From positions 1 through 37,312 of the forward strand of contig DATILO010000105.1 in assembly GCA_035476335.1 (NCBI GenBank): 37,312 bases of DNA, given 5' to 3'. A model generated the notes under the pieces. It saw nothing but the letters and a program-made list of their open reading frames with translations. It ran no database searches and was not told where the DNA came from. Shown one piece after another: positions 33,630 through 37,312 of the stretch (its first letter is position 1; the number at the start of each line of letters is the position of its first letter). The position numbers and the translations under genes were made by a program. The stretch is from Candidatus Binatia bacterium (GTDB lineage Archaea; Nanobdellota; Nanobdellia; Woesearchaeales; ARS49).

Positions 33630-34207
33630 TGCAGCGCGGATGATGCTTCCGACGGATGCATCCCCAAGACGACAAAAAGCGCTTTCAAATCATCAGGATT
33701 TCTCATTCCCGCAGGTGAGGCCGCGAAGCTCGCGATGTGCAACGGCACCTTGAACTTTCTGCAGAGCGAAATGTTCTGCGTCATTCTCCCGAGGAGTTGT
33801 GCGCGCCGTTCGCCGTGCGTTTCCAGCAACGAGCGGAACGAGAATGCGACCGCCACCTGGTTCTTTGCGCAGAGCCGCGCGAGCACATGGTTCAGTCCTG
33901 ACGCGCGCTGATGCAATGCGTCATGACGCGGACTCGATTCCAAATCAAAAAGGAGCGTCGGATGGCTGTGCTCCACGAGATGGACATCCTTGTCCGAACT
34001 CTTCACAAGCACGAATTTTGCCTTCTGCCGCGCGCGCTCCACGGCCAGGGGACCGGTGATGAGCGCATTGGTGATGGGAATCGGGGATGCCTGCCGGTAG
34101 AATGACGCAGGGTCGCTGTAGACAAACACGAGCTGCTTGATGCCCAGCGTCTGCGCACGGGCGATGAGCGCGGCCTCGTTGTGGTCGGGAAAGACGATGT
34201 CTTGCAT
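33626..34207 (-). CDS. rnp3: RNase P protein component 3 (Rpp30)
   Basis: SGLNHVLARLCAKNQVAVAFSFRSLL...ERRAQLLGRM...CRKFKVPLHIASFAASPAGMRNPDDL...VLGM aligns well from memory to archaeal Rpp30 (GIDHVLAKL...VALGFSLRPLL...ERANLL...SSA...R.PRDL). Confidence 0.75.
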   Translation of the reverse strand: MQDIVFPDHNEAALIARAQTLGIKQLVFVYSDPASFYRQASPIPITNALITGPLAVERARQKAKFVLVKSSDKDVHLVEHSHPTLLFDLESSPRHDALHQRASGLNHVLARLCAKNQVAVAFSFRSLLETHGERRAQLLGRMTQNISLCRKFKVPLHIASFAASPAGMRNPDDLKALFVVLGMHPSEASSALH

Positions 34208-34227
34208 ACGGCCTTCGTCCGCCGATG

Positions 34228-34238
34228 GTTATTTAAAC
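34228..34238. promoter_or_regulatory. near-palindromic TATA (TTATTTAAA) between rnp3 and the pseudouridine synthase gene
   Basis: Lies about 26 nt from the rnp3 ATG (34207) and about 160 nt from the ATG at 34393. A rightward transcript from this box would therefore carry repeat copy 3 as its leader. Confidence 0.4.
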
Positions 34239-34256
34239 GTTTGTAGCGAGAAACGA

Positions 34257-34386
34257 GGAGGACGCCGCCTGTTGGCCAGCGAGCTGAAGGCCGGCTGAAG
34301 TCCCGCATCAGGTCGCTGCTACGACGTCCAATCTGCCGGAGAACGGCAAACGACGCAATGCAGCGACAGCGAGCGGGGCGTCCTCC
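34257..34386 (-). repeat. structured repeat, copy 3 (130 nt)
   Basis: Perfect 10-bp terminal helix GGAGGACGCC (34257-34266) / GGCGTCCTCC (34377-34386). The interior aligns at about 70% by eye to copy 1 (CGTTCTCCGGCAGATTGGACGTCGT...CCGGCCTTCAGCTCGCTGGCCAACAGGCGGCG). It ends 6 nt before the ATG at 34393. Confidence 0.7.
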
Positions 34387-34392
34387 AACACC

Positions 34393-35100
34393 ATGCTTCA
34401 ACGACTCCAAAAAATCATCGCGGCAGCAGGCATCGCGTCGCGCAGAAATGCAGAAACGCTCATCGAACAAGGGCGCGTCATGCTCAACGGCAAACAGGCA
34501 ACTATTGGGCAGAGCGCCGACCCGGAAAAGGACGCCATTCTTGTCGACGGCAAGCCCGTCAAGCGCGAGCAGCACATCTACCTCATCCTCAACAAGCCGA
34601 AAAATGTCGTGACGACGCTCGCGGACGAGCTCGGACGCACGACGGTGCGCGACATCATCGACATTCCCGAACGCGTCTTTCCCGTCGGCAGACTTGACCG
34701 CAACGCGACAGGACTGGTGTTGCTGACAAACGATGGCGAGGTCGCGAACCGGATGATGCATCCCCGCTACGAGACCGCGAAAACGTACGTCGCAATGCTC
34801 TCGAGCCCCGTGACTCCTCAATTGCTCGAACGTCTCCGCAAGGGCGTCATGGTCGAGGACCGCAAGGTCGCGGTCGAGAATCCCGTCAAGGTGAACCTGA
34901 ATACCGTTCAGATTTCCATCCACGAAGGCAGGAAGCACGTCGTCAAGAAACTCTTTGTCCAGCTGGGCACGCATGTCGACGCGCTGACGCGCACCGAACT
35001 CGGTCCCTTGCGGCTCGGCACCTTGAAACCCGGCGAGTCGCGGAAGCTCACGCCTGCGGAAGTCTCAAGCCTGCGTCGTGCCCTGCAGCTGGAGAAATAG
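34393..35100 (+). CDS. RsuA/RluB-family pseudouridine synthase with an N-terminal S4 domain
   Basis: S4 motif LQKIIAAAGIASRRNAETLI. Catalytic motif GRLDRNATGLVLLTNDG. An in-frame TGA at 34285 excludes an N-terminal extension. Confidence 0.85.
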   Translation: MLQRLQKIIAAAGIASRRNAETLIEQGRVMLNGKQATIGQSADPEKDAILVDGKPVKREQHIYLILNKPKNVVTTLADELGRTTVRDIIDIPERVFPVGRLDRNATGLVLLTNDGEVANRMMHPRYETAKTYVAMLSSPVTPQLLERLRKGVMVEDRKVAVENPVKVNLNTVQISIHEGRKHVVKKLFVQLGTHVDALTRTELGPLRLGTLKPGESRKLTPAEVSSLRRALQLEK

Positions 35101-35976
35101 CTGGCACGTCGTGCACGTTCCCGCCGTCGAGGGCTCACCACAACTGCCGCACGTCTTGAGTTGCGCAACGTTCTGGTATTTCTCGCGCAACTGCGGAAGT
35201 TGTTTGATGAAAAACGCAATGATGTTTTCGCGCACGTTCGGAACGGTTTTTTCATAGGTCGCGAAGAATTCGCGGAGCGAGGTGCGCAAGCTTCCCTTCA
35301 CGCACGGGCACTTGCCGTAATGCACGACAAACCCGTGGAGCTTGCTGTACTTCTCGACGTCGTTTTCGCGAATGAAATACAGCGGCTTGATGCGCGGGAT
35401 CAATCCTTCCTTTTTCGCGGATGCCGGACCGAGGCGCGCGTTCTGTTCCGGGCGGTGCTTGATGATGTTCATCATCACCGCTTGGGCTTCGTCGTCGAGA
35501 TTGTGCCCCGTGACGACTTTGGTCGCGCCGAGCTCGCGCACCAGCTTGTTGATCAAGTGCCGTCGGGGAACGCCGCAAATCGTGCACGAGTGGACCTTGA
35601 CGTTCTTTTCCTTGAAGGCGTCGCGCATGTAGCACACGCTCATGCCAAACGCCTTCCGGAATGCGAGCTCGTGGAGCTTGATGTTCCTGTCACTGCAGAA
35701 CGCGCGCAAATTGATGAGATTCTGTTTCGTATAACAGCCGATGGCGGTATCGACGGTGACCGCCTCGAACGGAATGCCGAGCTTGTGGAACAGATGCAGC
35801 AGCACCGTCGAGTCCTTGCCTCCGGATGCGGCGATAACGAGTTTGTCCTGCGGTTCGACCAGGCGGTGTTCCGCAATCGTTTTCTGAACGATTTTCTCGA
35901 AGTTGGCGACGAATTTTTCGTCATCCGCGGTCCATTGCGGTTTCTCAATGACGTCAGGCAGCAGGCAAAGACTCAC
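35065..35976 (-). CDS. PP-loop ATPase of the TtuA/TtcA/NcsA tRNA 2-thiolation family
   Basis: SGGKDS PP-loop, GHNLDDEAQ, Fe-S type Cys (CTICG, KCPC) and a C-terminal CGSCG...CTTC finger. The GTG start at 35976 overlaps the upstream stop (GTGA). It lacks the N-terminal Zn finger typical of TtuA. Confidence 0.8.
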   Translation of the reverse strand: MSLCLLPDVIEKPQWTADDEKFVANFEKIVQKTIAEHRLVEPQDKLVIAASGGKDSTVLLHLFHKLGIPFEAVTVDTAIGCYTKQNLINLRAFCSDRNIKLHELAFRKAFGMSVCYMRDAFKEKNVKVHSCTICGVPRRHLINKLVRELGATKVVTGHNLDDEAQAVMMNIIKHRPEQNARLGPASAKKEGLIPRIKPLYFIRENDVEKYSKLHGFVVHYGKCPCVKGSLRTSLREFFATYEKTVPNVRENIIAFFIKQLPQLREKYQNVAQLKTCGSCGEPSTAGTCTTCQLFLQLQGTTQA

Positions 35977-36764
35977 GCGACGCCTCCGACGAGCGGGCGC
36001 AACACCTGCAGCGTTGTTTCGTACTGGTTCAATTCCTTGAGCGTGTCGCCGACGACAACGGCCTTCGCGCCCACTTTTTCTGCGATGACGTCGATATCTT
36101 TTGCTTCAATGATCCTCAGTGCGATGCCGCACGCGTATTTCGGAAGCACGGTCAGCGTGCGTTTTTCCGGCACGAGCGCAACAATCGTGCATCCGCGCTT
36201 CATGAGCAGCAATGCCGCGTCTTCGGCGCGCTTGGAATCAATGAGCGCGAGCACCGTACCTTCGATGCCGACGGGAAGCCCGCCGGGGCCTGCGATGGTT
36301 TCCGTGAGCACATACAGTGCGCCGTGGATGATTTCCACCACGATTTCTTTATCAAATGTTTCAAGACTGACTTTGGCGCCGGTCTGCTGCTGCACGAACG
36401 CGCCAAGACCGCGCGCGATTTCGTTTGAGGATAACGTGAACTGCTTGTCGAGCCGCGAGCACGTGACGCGAAAGGTCTTGCCCTTGATGCCCGGCAGTAC
36501 GGGCGTGACCGCATCCTGGAGCGATGCCAACGTTTTTCCTGCGTTGATTGCGGCGCTGTACGACGCGATTCCAAACACCTTGCTCAAGTCGGGCATCGCC
36601 GATGCGCGGACAAGAATTCTCCCGAAGCGGCGCTCGATATCCGCCGTGATGCCCTGGCTCTTGAGGCACGCGCGAATGTTGTCAACAAGCTTGTTTTCGA
36701 ACATGCTGCGGTTCTTGCCCTTAATGCCGATTTCGGCGTAGCGGATGAGGATAGTGTGGTGCAT
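35973..36764 (-). CDS. ThiI-like NFLD+THUMP RNA-binding protein with a truncated, degenerate PP-loop domain
   Basis: ILIRYAEIGIKGKNRSMFE is the ThiI N-terminus, followed by a THUMP region. Where ThiI has LSGG-x-DS the sequence reads LALIDSKRAED...LLLMKRGCTIVALV, and the domain ends after about 95 aa. Confidence 0.75.
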   Translation of the reverse strand: MHHTILIRYAEIGIKGKNRSMFENKLVDNIRACLKSQGITADIERRFGRILVRASAMPDLSKVFGIASYSAAINAGKTLASLQDAVTPVLPGIKGKTFRVTCSRLDKQFTLSSNEIARGLGAFVQQQTGAKVSLETFDKEIVVEIIHGALYVLTETIAGPGGLPVGIEGTVLALIDSKRAEDAALLLMKRGCTIVALVPEKRTLTVLPKYACGIALRIIEAKDIDVIAEKVGAKAVVVGDTLKELNQYETTLQVLRPLVGGVA

Positions 36765-36774
36765 GATAACTCGC

Positions 36775-36906
36775 TGGAGCTTGCCGTGCGCTCATGTCGC
36801 TGCTCGTCAGGCTCTTGCTTCCCCGGTAGTTTTGTCGTTGCGTTCGCAGCGACCAGTGGCCGGTTTGCAGAAGGTTCCTCACTCGCGCACCTTCAGGCAA
36901 GCTCCA
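36775..36906 (+). repeat. structured repeat, copy 4 (132 nt)
   Basis: Perfect 11-bp terminal helix TGGAGCTTGCC (36775-36785) / GGCAAGCTCCA (36896-36906). Core CTTCCCCGGTAGTTTTGTCGTTGCGTTCG at 36818-36846. The left end lies 10 nt from the thiI-like ATG (36764). Confidence 0.7.
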
Positions 36907-36937
36907 GCGTGCAGGCGTTCCTTTTCTTCACAGCCAA

Positions 36938-36949
36938 AGCTTTATAAAC
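36938..36949. promoter_or_regulatory. palindromic TATA (AGCTTTATAAAC) for rpl34e and possibly, leftward, for the thiI-like operon
   Basis: Lies about 27 nt upstream of the rpl34e ATG at 36971. A leftward transcript would carry repeat copy 4 as its 5' leader. Confidence 0.5.
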
Positions 36950-36970
36950 CCTCCCCTTTCCCACCGACGT

Positions 36971-37240
36971 ATGGTCGCACCACGACTGAGATCGCGAACT
37001 TTCACGCGCAGGAAGACGCGCACGCCCGGCGGCAGGCACGTCATTCACTATGCGCGGCGCAAGCCCGGACGGGCGGAATGCGCGTACTGCGGAGACTACC
37101 TGAAGGCAGTCCCGCGCGGACGTCCTTCCGAGCTCCGTGGCCTGCCGAAGTCCGCGAAACGCCCTGAACGACCGTTCGGCGGCGTGCTCTGCTCGAAGTG
37201 CATGCGCGCCCATTTCAGAAAAGCGGCACAGGCCATCTAA
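36971..37240 (+). CDS. rpl34e: 50S ribosomal protein L34e
   Basis: [16 protein letters not shown]...C-x-x-CG...GG.LC..C is the characteristic L34e pattern. Confidence 0.9.
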   Translation: MVAPRLRSRTFTRRKTRTPGGRHVIHYARRKPGRAECAYCGDYLKAVPRGRPSELRGLPKSAKRPERPFGGVLCSKCMRAHFRKAAQAI

Positions 37241-37289
37241 AGCTCCGGGAGTTTCGGCGACGGCTCCCTTTGAACACGGAGGAAAAAAC

Positions 37290-37312
37290 ATGTCATTGGA
37301 AATCGGAAGAGT
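37290..37312 (+). CDS. 5' end of a CDS, possibly ribosomal protein L14e (partial)
   Basis: ATG at 37290 is preceded by GGAGGAAAAAAC. The fragment MSLEIGR resembles the L14e start (x-IEVGR), but only 7 codons are visible. Confidence 0.3.

Noticed and set aside
34003-36741. 323-aa minus ORF (34003-34974) and 526-aa plus ORF (35161-36741)
   Set aside because: They lie antisense to the well-supported RsuA-like, TtuA-like and ThiI-like genes, and their products show no motifs.
20238-36906. Structured repeats as C/D-box sRNA, hammerhead-like ribozyme or MITE
   Set aside because: CUGA/UGAUG-like strings occur in single copies but are not conserved across the four elements, and there is no GAAA/CUGANGA core arrangement. 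No target-site duplications are seen, and the terminal sequences differ between copies. None of these classes fits.

Overview
GC-rich, very gene-dense archaeal chromosomal segment. Archaeal/eukaryal-type markers are present: deoxyhypusine synthase, CDC48/VCP, GatD/GatE, RNase P Rpp30, ribosomal proteins L34e/L14e and TruD. TATA-like boxes sit about 23-30 nt upstream of most first-gene ATGs, so transcripts look largely leaderless, and many genes overlap by 1-8 nt. The flanks (1-19.7 kb and 33.6-37.3 kb) are housekeeping, enriched for translation and RNA-modification functions, and include two tRNA-Arg genes. The centre (19768-33025, minus strand, about 13.3 kb) is a seven-gene, translationally coupled operon. 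It encodes two giant Cys-rich, N-glycosylation-sequon-rich secreted proteins. One is 1352 aa with a LamG-like domain. The other is 1683 aa with Ig-like modules, three tandem Cys-rich modules, TSP3-like acidic repeats, a C-terminal TM anchor and a 168-aa charged cytoplasmic tail. These are interleaved with five proteins whose N-termini all carry an archaeal class III (type IV prepilin-like) signal motif, [KR][KR][AG] then Q/M then a hydrophobic helix. No assembly ATPase, platform protein or prepilin peptidase lies in the window. The operon is flanked on one side by a receptor-type Ser/Thr kinase with a propeller-like ectodomain and by Lrp/AsnC and AbrB-PhoU regulators, and on the other by a divergent Cys-rich membrane protein. 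The second non-obvious signal is a family of about 130-180 nt structured repeats with conserved core CCGGCAGTTTTGTCGTTCGT and a closing helix whose sequence differs but stays complementary in every copy. Copies lie at 20238-20414, 22462-22599, 34257-34386 and 36775-36906, with a degenerate multimeric form at 8921-9082. Two copies share a 56-nt identical core in inverted orientation and lie inside the apparent leader-peptide coding regions of two pilin-like genes. The others form long 5' leaders of tRNA/rRNA-modification and tRNA-amidation genes. No CRISPR, IS/transposase, integrase, rRNA or prophage signal was seen. All calls were made by eye from the sequence and the ORF track; no searches or computations were run.
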